Shown here one piece after another: positions 54,665 to 63,733 of a stretch of 64,000 nt of DNA. The notes under the pieces were generated by a model. That model saw only the letters and a program-made list of their open reading frames with translations. It did not search any database and was not told where the DNA came from. The stretch spans positions 210 through 64,209 of the forward strand of contig JAZRJE010000011.1 in assembly GCA_045645645.1 (NCBI GenBank), written 5' to 3'. Origin of the DNA: Candidatus Enterousia sp. (GTDB taxonomy: Bacteria > Pseudomonadota > Alphaproteobacteria > Rs-D84). The stretch's first letter is position 1, and each line of letters opens with the position of its first letter. The position numbers were made by a program, and so were the translations under genes.

Positions 54665-55831
54665 TTATGCCGCCATTGGGAATGACAACAATTTATCCCG
54701 ATAATATTCATACTGTTGACGGCGTGCGTTTATTTCCGCAGGCAACCCGTCAGATATATCATTCACCAACGCATCAAATTTATCCAAAATCGCAACAATC
54801 CGTTCCTGTTCCGCAAGTGGCGGAATTGGGATTTGAAATTTAGCAAACTCTTCTTTTGTAATTGTTTTTATTATACCCCCCCTTGCAAATTCCTTTTCAA
54901 TGCCGAACACACGCTGCAACTGATATGCAAAGTATTTTTTAGATATATCGATTTTATAATCTGAAAATATTGCCAATGTTCTGTCGACATAAGAATCATA
55001 TTGTGTCAAGGCAACCCTACCTATACTGCCTTGTATAGAAACAATAACCGTATCATTTGGTACAAAAACGCTCATTGGCTGCGCTAATACAGAAATTTTG
55101 TTTTTAGTATTGTTAACCAATCTTAAATCATTGCCAACATCGACCACTTGCACAAACGGCATTGCACCATCGCCGCCATACCACTTTTCTTCGCCATAGG
55201 GTTGTGGGAACGAACCACGTCTAAAATTACAAATTTCAGAAAGTGCCATTGTTCTTACCCCCCCCTGTGAAATATCAGCAAAATTCAACAACTTATCACG
55301 ATAGTGTTCATATTGTTTTTTTCTTGCCTCCAGTTCTGCCTCCAGTTCTGTAAAAGAGTCCAGAATACGAACTATTTCCTGCTGCACTGGCAATGGTGGA
55401 ACGGGGATTTGAATATTCCGTAAATTTTGCTGGTTTAACTTTGGGGGCGTTCCTCGCACAATATCAGAAACATCTGTCGCAGATAACGCAAAATAAACAT
55501 ACCGTAAATTTGCAACATCCTGCCTTTCGCTTAATACATGCGCATGGTTATTCACCCAAATTTTACCAGTCGCCCAATTTAATACTGGAGACTTGTTTGG
55601 ATTTATTACACTACCGTCTTCACCGACCAGCAAGAAAGTTCCGTCAAACAAGTATCCCGAAACCCTATCTTGAATCCCATTTGCACCATAATATGGGAAT
55701 TCCCCAGCGGTGCGTTTAGATTTTGTTATGGGCTTTCTTCGACTGTCCAATATGTCGCAAATTTCCCCAAGCGACTTATATTCCACACCATTCGGGCAAT
55801 ATTTTGCAATTAAGTCGATTATTTTTGACAT
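54665..55831 (-). CDS. hsdS: Type I restriction enzyme S (specificity) subunit
   Basis: 388 aa. Two TRDs are separated by conserved helices 'PPLPVQQEIVRILDSFTELEAELEARKKQYEHYRDKLL' and 'PPLAEQERIVAILDKFDALV...RRQQYEYYRDKLL'. Confidence 0.9.
   Translation of the reverse strand: MSKIIDLIAKYCPNGVEYKSLGEICDILDSRRKPITKSKRTAGEFPYYGANGIQDRVSGYLFDGTFLLVGEDGSVINPNKSPVLNWATGKIWVNNHAHVLSERQDVANLRYVYFALSATDVSDIVRGTPPKLNQQNLRNIQIPVPPLPVQQEIVRILDSFTELEAELEARKKQYEHYRDKLLNFADISQGGVRTMALSEICNFRRGSFPQPYGEEKWYGGDGAMPFVQVVDVGNDLRLVNNTKNKISVLAQPMSVFVPNDTVIVSIQGSIGRVALTQYDSYVDRTLAIFSDYKIDISKKYFAYQLQRVFGIEKEFARGGIIKTITKEEFAKFQIPIPPLAEQERIVAILDKFDALVNDISDGLPAEINARRQQYEYYRDKLLSFPMAA
54876..54882 (-). repeat. G7 homopolymer inside hsdS (coding strand)
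   Basis: C7 on the plus strand. It encodes 'ARGGI'. Confidence 0.9.
55258..55265 (-). repeat. G8 homopolymer inside hsdS (coding strand)
   Basis: C8 on the plus strand. It encodes 'SQGGV'. Confidence 0.9.
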
Positions 55832-56436
55832 TGGTCACCTCCCTCTGGGGCTTGCAGTTCACTTGCAAACAAATCACGAAGTTTTTTATCAGATTTACAA
55901 ACGTCTGCATGTTCTTTTACATATTCAAAACTTTTCATAACATCGTGTTTCATTTGACCAGAATTTAATGCGCCATTACAATCCAAACGAATATAACTTT
56001 CATTGGTATAATCCAGCGGTTTTTCAAAAAACATTTTCAATTCATCATAAAAGAAATACAGTTTATCTTGAATGGCACTTGAAAAAAACAACTCGGATTC
56101 TTGGCATGTATTCAACATGCGTTTCAACAACAAAGAAACAGTTTTTGCATTTAATGTTTCAATTTCAATCAAACTGATTGTATGCAAAATATCATAAAAT
56201 TCTGTATAAACTTTTAACTTATATGGATATTCTGCCGACCATTTGCGCATTTTTTCATCCGCATCTGCATTTTTACGCTGTTCGATTAAATCTTTTTTAC
56301 GAATATGATGTTGCCACCACAAAGTCCCGACTGTTGCAAAAATCGATACCCCCAACGCAATCCAAGCAACCCAATCAATGCCAGAATTTTGGACCGTGAT
56401 AACATCGTTAATTAAATGGGTTTGAACGGGTTCCAT
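55819..56436 (-). CDS. Single-pass membrane protein embedded between hsdM and hsdS (unknown function)
   Basis: 205 aa. TM 'WVAWIALGVSIFATVGTLWW' and a helical C-terminal domain. Its start overlaps the hsdM stop (TAATG) and its end overlaps the hsdS start by 13 nt. It is visibly more AT-rich than the hsd genes. Confidence 0.6.
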   Translation of the reverse strand: MEPVQTHLINDVITVQNSGIDWVAWIALGVSIFATVGTLWWQHHIRKKDLIEQRKNADADEKMRKWSAEYPYKLKVYTEFYDILHTISLIEIETLNAKTVSLLLKRMLNTCQESELFFSSAIQDKLYFFYDELKMFFEKPLDYTNESYIRLDCNGALNSGQMKHDVMKSFEYVKEHADVCKSDKKLRDLFASELQAPEGGDQCQK

Positions 56437-57995
56437 TATTCATCCCCCTGTAAATCTGCAACAATTGCATCAATTTGGGTACGCAATACGCTTTGACGGG
56501 CAACAATGTCGCCAATGCGTGCATTCAGTTCGTTTATATCGATTTTTTCACGCGTATCGGGCTGTTCAACATATGTGGATACAGACAGGTTATAATCATT
56601 TTCCGCAACATCGGTGTTATTTACCAATTTGGCAAAGTGTTCCATATCTGCGCGCCCAATAAACGCATTCAATATTGTTTCAATGTTTTCATCAGATAAT
56701 TTATTCTTGTTCCCAGAATGCACAAATTGGCTGCCTGCATCAATAAACAGAATGCCATTGTCCGTTTTGTTTTTCTTTAATACGATAATACAGGTTGCGA
56801 TTGTCACCCCAAAGAACAGGTTTGCGGGCAACTGAATAATGCAATCTACATAATTGTTATCAACCAAGTATTTACGGATTTTCTGTTCTGCACCACCACG
56901 ATACAGCACCCCAGGGAATTCAACAATTGCCGCCGTGCCAGATGCCGACAACCATGACAACATATGCATTGTGAATGCAAGGTCTGATTTGCCGCGTGGT
57001 GCCAACACACCCGCAGGTGCAAAGCGTGGGTCGTTTATCAGCAATGGGTTATCATCGCCATCCCATGGAATTGAATAAGGCGGGTTGGATACAATCGCAT
57101 CAAACGGTTCTTCATCCCAATGTTTTGGCTCCAACAATGTGTCGCCATGTGCGATATTAAACTTTTCATAATTTATATTATGCAGGAACATGTTAATACG
57201 GCACAGATTGTATGTGGTTATGTTCTTTTCCTGGCCAAAGAATCCCTGACGCACGCCATTTTGTCCCAATATTTTTGCAAACTTTAACAATAACGAACCC
57301 GAACCACATGCAGGGTCATAAACCTTGTTAACCTCGGTCTTGCCGACAAGGGTGATTTTTGCCAACAGTTCTGATACTTCTTGCGGGGTAAAGAATTCAC
57401 CACCAGATTTACCCGCATTGCTGGCATACATGGTCATAAGATATTCATACGCATCACCAAAGGCATCAATGCTGTTATCTGTGAAATTCCCAAGGTCCAA
57501 ACCAGCAATGGCATCCAATATTTTTACCAGTTTTTTGTTTCTTTCTGGGACGGATGCACCCAATTTATTACTGTTCACATCAATGTCGTCAAACAGGCCA
57601 CGGAAATCATCTTCACTTTCTGCGCCAATGGCGGAATTTTCAATATTCGCAAATACGGCAGCCAATGTTTCATTCAGGTTGGCATCTGCCTTGGCCGTGC
57701 GTTGGATATTTACAAACAATTCAGACGGCAGGATAAAAAACCCTTTGGATTCAATACATTCATTGCGTGCGATTTCTGCGCTGGCATCGTTCAGGTTGGC
57801 ATAACTGAAATCTTTATTACCAGCGGCATGTTCGTTTTTATCAATATAGTGCGCAATATTTTCGGATATAAAGCGATAAAATAAAAAGCCCAATACATAT
57901 GCTTTGAAATCCCAACCGTCAACCGCACCACGCAAATCGTTTGCAATCTGCCATATAACACGGTGCAATTCCGCTCTTTCCTGTTCGCGCGCCAT
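56436..57995 (-). CDS. hsdM: Type I restriction enzyme M (methyltransferase) subunit
   Basis: 519 aa. HsdM_N region, '[13 protein letters not shown]' (AdoMet motif I), 'IVSNPPYS' (NPPY motif IV). Confidence 0.9.
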   Translation of the reverse strand: MAREQERAELHRVIWQIANDLRGAVDGWDFKAYVLGFLFYRFISENIAHYIDKNEHAAGNKDFSYANLNDASAEIARNECIESKGFFILPSELFVNIQRTAKADANLNETLAAVFANIENSAIGAESEDDFRGLFDDIDVNSNKLGASVPERNKKLVKILDAIAGLDLGNFTDNSIDAFGDAYEYLMTMYASNAGKSGGEFFTPQEVSELLAKITLVGKTEVNKVYDPACGSGSLLLKFAKILGQNGVRQGFFGQEKNITTYNLCRINMFLHNINYEKFNIAHGDTLLEPKHWDEEPFDAIVSNPPYSIPWDGDDNPLLINDPRFAPAGVLAPRGKSDLAFTMHMLSWLSASGTAAIVEFPGVLYRGGAEQKIRKYLVDNNYVDCIIQLPANLFFGVTIATCIIVLKKNKTDNGILFIDAGSQFVHSGNKNKLSDENIETILNAFIGRADMEHFAKLVNNTDVAENDYNLSVSTYVEQPDTREKIDINELNARIGDIVARQSVLRTQIDAIVADLQGDE

Positions 57996-58346
57996 TATAA
58001 ACCCCTACATTTGAAAAAATTAAACCACCGAACAAAGCGGTGGTTGGAGGTTCAGAACTATAATACTCGGAATATAGCGGGCTTATTCAATATATTCACC
58101 GCCCTCCAACCATACAGATTGGAGGTATTTTTTGTCCCCACGGACACCGAGTATAAAACGGGTTCTGACGCCCAACACAGCAACCGCCATGTCATTGCAT
58201 ATACTACAACAAAAAATGACAAAAATCAAATCCCACCTGTTAAGGTGGGGGGGTGGTATTGTTATATGGTATGTGAATAATATACATGGGGGTTATTGGT
58301 GGGGTATATTGGTATGGCACATATAGCCCACTTATTACACAGTGGC

Positions 58347-59813
58347 TTACAGTGTTATATCATCTGGGACCACTGATTCTGCCATCTTGTTCATTATGCA
58401 CTCTGCGTCTTGGAACGCTTTTTCATACATAATATTTCGCTGTTCAACGGACATGTCCATGTTATCCACGGACTTTGCGTTCAAAATTGAATTTTTACGC
58501 AGGATGCTGCACAGTGAAAACGGGTCATCATCTTTACTGGTATGTTCTGCATGCGTTCCCACTGTTGGTGCGCAAGGCGGAACAACGGGACAAGGCGTTT
58601 CAGGTGCGGCTGCTACTGTTTCATATTCACCTGTTTCATTGGGCAAATAACTCTGAAACGCATCTTCAAACGCCGCCAATTCATAACCGCGTGCAGTTTT
58701 TGCCCCAAGGCGCTTTTGGATTGGCCTGATATTAAAGCCATGCAACATGTTTGCCAATTTTACATTGGTTAGCACAACATGCCCATATTGCCTGTCACCC
58801 CATGGTCGACTTTCGCAACGATACAAATGCCCCAACAGGTCCTTGGTCGCTATAAAATCACACCCAATGTTATTGAACACATCACGAATGTCGGCCAACA
58901 ACTGAATTTCCAAAACTTCGGCATCATCGTTTTTTGGGACCAAACACCCCGCGGCATAAGTTAATTCATTCACCAGTGTTGGCGATATTAAATACGCAAT
59001 GGCAAATAATGGTTCCCATATATCCTTGGCACGGTCATGCAGGAATTTGGGCATCGTGGGGTTAATTTCACCAATTGCTCTGGCATTATCCCACATAAAA
59101 CGCATGCACATGCTGCGCAATTGTTCAGTGTGCGACAACAATGCATTTGGGCGCAATCTTTCAACAGTGTCGTTTGGCTTTTTACGCCGCATTACAACCG
59201 CAATACTGCGGTCCATTATGGTGCTGTCGCGTTCACCAATACCCGCAATTGCCATCGCACTAAAACACGCAAATCTTTTGGGCAAATAACCGCTCTTGGT
59301 ATCCACATTACGAACAACATGACCATTTTTCTGATATCCTGCATTGATAACGCTACGCATCGTTTGGTCGCCATTCATGAAACAATCGGCCTCGTCAATT
59401 AACAAGGTTGGGTGCATGGCATCAATGCAACGAAACACGCCAGACGCAGTTATGCCTGCAACATTCAATGGTCGATCGACCGTCATTTCCAGCAACTGCA
59501 ACAATTGGGTTTTGCCACATCTTGGAACAGGTGAATAAATACATAACCGTGGTGTATAATAAAACACATCCATGGCATATGTATGCAGCACCCAAAACGG
59601 CAACATACTTGATACGCCATCGGGCAAGACCAGAAAGCGTTCAAACACCGCTTTCAACGCACCCACTAAATCCATGCCATTTACTGGTTCTGGCCATGGT
59701 GTTGGCATTGGTATATCTTGACTGTTTTTATTTTTCATATTACTATCCCTATGACCATAATGTGAATCCGTGCCAGTTTGGGCGGATTCATTTTTTGTTA
59801 AAACATCTGCCAT
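58347..59813 (-). CDS. DUF3631-like P-loop protein of integrative elements
   Basis: 'WPEPVNG..L......F.R......G.....PFWVLHTY...VFYYTPRLCIYSPVPRCGKTQLLQLL' and 'LLIDEAD'. Start taken at MADVL (59813). Confidence 0.6.
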   Translation of the reverse strand: MADVLTKNESAQTGTDSHYGHRDSNMKNKNSQDIPMPTPWPEPVNGMDLVGALKAVFERFLVLPDGVSSMLPFWVLHTYAMDVFYYTPRLCIYSPVPRCGKTQLLQLLEMTVDRPLNVAGITASGVFRCIDAMHPTLLIDEADCFMNGDQTMRSVINAGYQKNGHVVRNVDTKSGYLPKRFACFSAMAIAGIGERDSTIMDRSIAVVMRRKKPNDTVERLRPNALLSHTEQLRSMCMRFMWDNARAIGEINPTMPKFLHDRAKDIWEPLFAIAYLISPTLVNELTYAAGCLVPKNDDAEVLEIQLLADIRDVFNNIGCDFIATKDLLGHLYRCESRPWGDRQYGHVVLTNVKLANMLHGFNIRPIQKRLGAKTARGYELAAFEDAFQSYLPNETGEYETVAAAPETPCPVVPPCAPTVGTHAEHTSKDDDPFSLCSILRKNSILNAKSVDNMDMSVEQRNIMYEKAFQDAECIMNKMAESVVPDDITL

Positions 59814-59815
59814 GA

Positions 59816-60046
59816 TTATGCCCCCTTTCTTACTCTGCCCGTGGATGAGGGGTTTGTGGAAACCCACTGAAAGAATTTGACTTCATCAATCAAAACCTTG
59901 GCCCCAACACGGTGGATTACCCCCATGTCATCCAATCCATTGAACGGGCGGTGAAATACCAGGTCCCTGATGCTGCCCTCAGAAAATGCAGGGTGTTTTT
60001 TTGCGAACTGTTTAACAGTTAAATAATGTGGAACACCATCACTCAT
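59816..60046 (-). CDS. Excisionase/AlpA-like HTH DNA-binding protein
   Basis: 76 aa. 'YLTVKQFAKKHPAFSEGSIRDLV' is HTH-like. It lies between the integrase module and the DUF3631 gene. Confidence 0.45.
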   Translation of the reverse strand: MSDGVPHYLTVKQFAKKHPAFSEGSIRDLVFHRPFNGLDDMGVIHRVGAKVLIDEVKFFQWVSTNPSSTGRVRKGA

Positions 60047-60182
60047 TATAAACTCCTATATTGTTTTATTTGTTTGAGTTTCGTTGCAACTTGCTGGGAA
60101 TATAAGATGTTTATAAAAAAGTTAAAAAGGAAACAAAGTCGACAAAAACGTCGACTTATTTAGAATTTTTTATATTTTGATT

Positions 60183-60980
60183 TTACTGGTTTTTCTTATT
60201 TATCGTTTTCACTAGGGCACTGATATCAAAACTAATATCATACCCCTTATTAAGACCAGGACATGAATTGTTTATCATTTGGATAACTGCGGTGGCAAAA
60301 TCTACAAACGGTGTGCTTTGTCGTTTAACTTGTTTTTTTTGATTAGGGCGCATTGTCTGCAAATCCCCAATAATCGGCAATGGTTTTCTTGTATTTGAAG
60401 ATGCAGATACTGGCGTGGGCTTTTTGCCTGTTGTAAGTTTGTAAATATCCATAAGCCGTTCTATAAAGCGTTTGTTTATTGCATTACTGTGTGTTTCCAA
60501 GTCGGTTGGGCGGTGGGCTGCCAATGGTCCCATTTTGTTTATTAAGTATGTAAAGAAACGATCTTGCAATTCTGGGGCTGCGATTAGCAATTCATCCCAT
60601 GGCATAATGGTGTGGCCCGCATGTTTCAAATCTGAAAACGCTTGGTCTATACGGTCATACAAATATGCCTTTGTGTTGGGGTTTTCTAATATGCGTTTAA
60701 TGTTTCGGACATTAATTAACAACTCTTCCAATTCATTGTGTATATCCCCAGTGGTCATCAAACGCATTTTATAATCAACAACCAATTGTTTCATTGCGTC
60801 TGTTAAGTAAAAATCCAACTCATCAATTTGCGCTGCGGGAGCAATTATTAACTCTTTGGAAACAAACAAAGAAACAGTCGGAACAATTTCTGTTTCAGCG
60901 GACTCCCCTGAATGCAGCATAAATTTTATATCATCATACAATTGATATTTTTGGTCTGGTGTATATCTAATGGTTGTCAT
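60183..60980 (-). CDS. Hypothetical island protein
   Basis: 265-aa ORF overlapping the integrase stop by 14 nt. No motif recognised. Confidence 0.5.
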   Translation of the reverse strand: MTTIRYTPDQKYQLYDDIKFMLHSGESAETEIVPTVSLFVSKELIIAPAAQIDELDFYLTDAMKQLVVDYKMRLMTTGDIHNELEELLINVRNIKRILENPNTKAYLYDRIDQAFSDLKHAGHTIMPWDELLIAAPELQDRFFTYLINKMGPLAAHRPTDLETHSNAINKRFIERLMDIYKLTTGKKPTPVSASSNTRKPLPIIGDLQTMRPNQKKQVKRQSTPFVDFATAVIQMINNSCPGLNKGYDISFDISALVKTINKKNQ

Positions 60981-62034
60981 CTGTTTCCCCGAATATTTTT
61001 GCGTTCATACTGGCCACGACACTGCTTTTATGTGCATTGGACAGGTGCGCATACCGTTTTACCATGGAAAGCGTTTTATGCCCCAAGACATCTGCGATTT
61101 CATTTGGGCTGGCACCATTCATTGCCAAATAACTGGCACAGGTGTGGCGCAAATCATGGAATCTGAAATCAGGCAACTTGGCCTTGGCCACCACGGTTGC
61201 CCAACTGCGTTTTATTTCACAAGGCCCCGAATTTTTATCATTTGGGAACAGCCATATGTCGGATTTGCGCTTTTCATACAACTGGCGCACTAATTCTAAC
61301 GCTGGCCCCCATAATGGCAAACCGCGCATTTCACCATTCTTGGTATGTTCCAGAACCGCCCAACCACTATCCAAATCAACATTCGCCCATTTCAGCGACA
61401 ATATTTCACCACGTCTGGCACCAGTTGAAATTGCCAATACGATGATTGTGTATAATTCCTTATTTTTGGATTCTTTGGCGGCATTCAACAACCGATCCCG
61501 CTCTGTATCACTTAAAAAGCGTGTGCGCCCTTTGTTTTCGCGTTTGTGTTCAACCCTTGTCACGGGATTTGTATCCAACCAGCCCTGCGTTTTTACACCA
61601 TAGGCCAACGCACAACTTAACGCAGCCAAATATCTGTTTAGTGTTGCGGGACTTTTAGGGCGCTTGCCATATTGGATTTTTGCAATTTGGTCCAATGCGT
61701 TGGTTATAACCGTGGGAGTCAAAGAATACAGTTTGGTTGTGCCAATAAACCTGTCCCATTCATCCAACTGAGTGGTTAAATTCTTGGCAGACCGCAACCC
61801 CTTATCTTCAATATGCCGCTTATACAACGTCAGCAATTCGCTAAAAGTGTGATTACGCGCATTCATGTTGGGCATGTGCTTTTGGTCGCGCATTTCTGTT
61901 TCGGTTTTGGCGGCCCATTCACGCGCCAATGTTTTACTGGAAAATGTCGCTGTTTGGATAAGATTTCCCTCAACGCGAACTCGCGCCCTATATTTAACAC
62001 CTGCCTTGGTTATTCTTTTTTCTATTGTCGCCAT
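60967..62034 (-). CDS. int: Tyrosine-type site-specific integrase
   Basis: 355 aa from MATIEKR (62034). 'TGARRGEIL' (catalytic Arg), 'FHDLRHTCAS' (HxxR), 'LGHKTLSMVKRYAHL' (catalytic Tyr). The upstream in-frame extension to 62346 is rejected. Confidence 0.9.
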   Translation of the reverse strand: MATIEKRITKAGVKYRARVRVEGNLIQTATFSSKTLAREWAAKTETEMRDQKHMPNMNARNHTFSELLTLYKRHIEDKGLRSAKNLTTQLDEWDRFIGTTKLYSLTPTVITNALDQIAKIQYGKRPKSPATLNRYLAALSCALAYGVKTQGWLDTNPVTRVEHKRENKGRTRFLSDTERDRLLNAAKESKNKELYTIIVLAISTGARRGEILSLKWANVDLDSGWAVLEHTKNGEMRGLPLWGPALELVRQLYEKRKSDIWLFPNDKNSGPCEIKRSWATVVAKAKLPDFRFHDLRHTCASYLAMNGASPNEIADVLGHKTLSMVKRYAHLSNAHKSSVVASMNAKIFGETDDNH

Positions 62035-62169
62035 CACTTTTGCCTTGTTTTCTGACACTTTACAATAACTTACAGCAAATGTCAAAAAGATACCATAGAT
62101 TATTAATCTGTGGAACGGTCTGCCGACGCCCGCAGAATTCTGGGATTTATTTTCAACATAAATAAAAAA

Positions 62170-62311
62170 TGGTCCAGTTTTGGTCCAGAACGACAAGTTT
62201 GCATATCGCAAAACCCTCAAAAAACCGATGCTTTCAGAGCAAAAATTCGGCACCCAACTTTTACTGAATTTTATTGTCGCATTTTGAAAAAAATGTCCCC
62301 AAAGTGGACCA
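62170..62311 (+). repeat. Right-arm repeat set: ATGGTCCAGTTTTGGTCCA plus ATGTCCCCAAAGTGGACCA (candidate integrase arm-type sites)
   Basis: TGGTCCA at 62170-62176 and 62181-62187, and TGGACCA at 62305-62311. The set mirrors the left-arm set around the core. Confidence 0.6.
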
Positions 62312-62399
62312 TTTAGATAATAAAAAACGCCTTTCAACACAGGCACTAATTTGATTTTTCAGGATTTTTCAAGCGTTCACAAACGCCCCCTGAACAATG

Positions 62400-62445
62400 T
62401 TTGTAATCAGTAGGTCGTTGGTTCAAGTCCGACAACCGGCACCAG
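62400..62445 (+). repeat. attR core: 46-bp direct repeat (displaced 3' tRNA-Thr fragment, not a functional tRNA)
   Basis: Identical to 50788-50833. It lacks the 5' half of the tRNA. Confidence 0.9.
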
Positions 62446-62450
62446 AATAA

Positions 62451-62475
62451 CCCCTTGATTCAAGGGGATTTTTTA
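62451..62475 (+). terminator. Intrinsic terminator following the displaced tRNA 3' fragment (probably the original tRNA terminator)
   Basis: cccctt-gattc-aagggg followed by attttttatt. Confidence 0.6.
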
Positions 62476-62604
62476 TTGCTTTATCCAATCTACAAAAATT
62501 GACAAAAAATTTTTTGCTACTCGTTTGCTACCGGCCGACATGACGAATCTTCCTTGAATATCGATAAATATTTATTACTATTTTTTTCAAAAGGATCCAT
62601 CACC

Positions 62605-63435
62605 ATGCAAGATTTAGTTAAATTTTTACCTTATTTATTACCACTGGAAACACCGGTCGAAGACGACCAAAATTTAGCCCTGGTCTCGCTTTATTTTCGC
62701 GGGGCCTATGCCGACCATATTTTACAAATACTGCATATTGCAGAAATTATCCCGACCGATGTATCTGTTATCGCCAATGACGATATGCCCGATGTAATTA
62801 ACAGGATAGAAAAATTATTCTCGCTATCTGCCAATTATTGCTTTGTTGACAATAAAAATGACACGGTTCAAATCTTTACAGGCAGCAAGATGAAATCAAA
62901 CTGGGTTGAAATCGAAGAAAAAATGCTGGAACAAGCCAAACAGGAAAACAAAGAACACGCAAATGTACGCCCCCAGGATATTATGACCGAAAAGAAGCAA
63001 GAACCTGGATTTGCCAATAAATGTATTGCGGGCATCCTGTTCAAAGACCTGTTATTACTGTTTGAATCTATATTAAAAAATCTAGAAAACACGAATAGCA
63101 ATTTCGCTTACAATGCAGCCATGTTCTTTAATACATTGACCCGTGCCAAGTCACTTAATTATCGATTAAACGCATTCAGCAACCGTCAGAAATATAAAAA
63201 AGGTGCTGACAAAACCGCCGATGCAAAAAATGTTATTCGTGAAAGATATGAAAAAATCATCTATGATATGGGTATTCAGCAGAAAGATACCCTGCCACAA
63301 AATATCTCTGAAACGATGAAATTAGTCCGTGAAGAATACTGCAAACGACACAAACGCAAGAAATCTCCCCTGATTTCCAAAATCCTTGAAGAGTTGCTGA
63401 TTTCTGCGCCAAAACGCAAAATTCTAGCTAGCTAG
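62605..63435 (+). CDS. Hypothetical protein (first gene of the adjacent element)
   Basis: ORF from ATG 62605 (an alternative TTG lies at 62554), with a basic C-terminus. No motif recognised. Confidence 0.45.
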   Translation: MQDLVKFLPYLLPLETPVEDDQNLALVSLYFRGAYADHILQILHIAEIIPTDVSVIANDDMPDVINRIEKLFSLSANYCFVDNKNDTVQIFTGSKMKSNWVEIEEKMLEQAKQENKEHANVRPQDIMTEKKQEPGFANKCIAGILFKDLLLLFESILKNLENTNSNFAYNAAMFFNTLTRAKSLNYRLNAFSNRQKYKKGADKTADAKNVIRERYEKIIYDMGIQQKDTLPQNISETMKLVREEYCKRHKRKKSPLISKILEELLISAPKRKILAS

Positions 63436-63514
63436 AATTCTCATTTCTGTAAATTTCGATAAATCCCTCTTAGTCTTCAAGCATAACGATAAACTAAACA
63501 AAAGGAAGTTAACT

Positions 63515-63733
63515 ATGCTTGAAGATTTTACGTTTAAGTTGCTAAACCAACGTCAGGCGGCCCAGTATCTGGGGACGACTGTCGGGACGTTAAACAGTTG
63601 GCGCCATTGTGGCAAAAACACTCTGCCGTTCATTCGATGGGGAAACCGTATTCGGTACCGAAAATCCGACCTGGATGCGTGGATTGAACACCAGCTGATT
63701 AACAAGTTAGACGAAGGGGGCGAAAATGTATAA
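63515..63733 (+). CDS. AlpA-family (HTH_17) phage/island regulatory protein
   Basis: 72 aa. 'LLNQRQAAQYLGTTVGTLNSWRHCGKNTLPFIRWGNRIRYRKSDLDAWI' fits the AlpA pattern. Confidence 0.65.
   Translation: MLEDFTFKLLNQRQAAQYLGTTVGTLNSWRHCGKNTLPFIRWGNRIRYRKSDLDAWIEHQLINKLDEGGENV

Larger units (their letters stand above)
50788..62445. mobile_element. tRNA-Thr-integrated genomic island (about 11.6 kb) carrying a Type I R-M operon
   Basis: 46-bp direct repeats, a tyrosine integrase, an Xis/AlpA-like HTH protein and a DUF3631 protein. The base composition is visibly less AT-rich than the flanks. Confidence 0.85.

Noticed and set aside
57325-57884. Plus-strand ORFs of 159-167 aa inside hsdM. Many similar antisense ORFs occur inside hsdR, parC, priA, dnaB and pgk.
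   Set aside because: They overlap strongly supported genes on the opposite strand and lack motifs or RBS, so they are shadow ORFs.
62035-62346. 104-aa N-terminal extension of the integrase ORF
   Set aside because: The extension is hydrophobic and low quality and covers the arm-site repeat region. The conserved integrase N-terminus begins at MATIEKR (62034).
62400-62445. Second tRNA-Thr gene
   Set aside because: Only the 3' 45 nt of the tRNA are present, with no acceptor 5' strand, D-arm or anticodon 5' stem. It is the att repeat.
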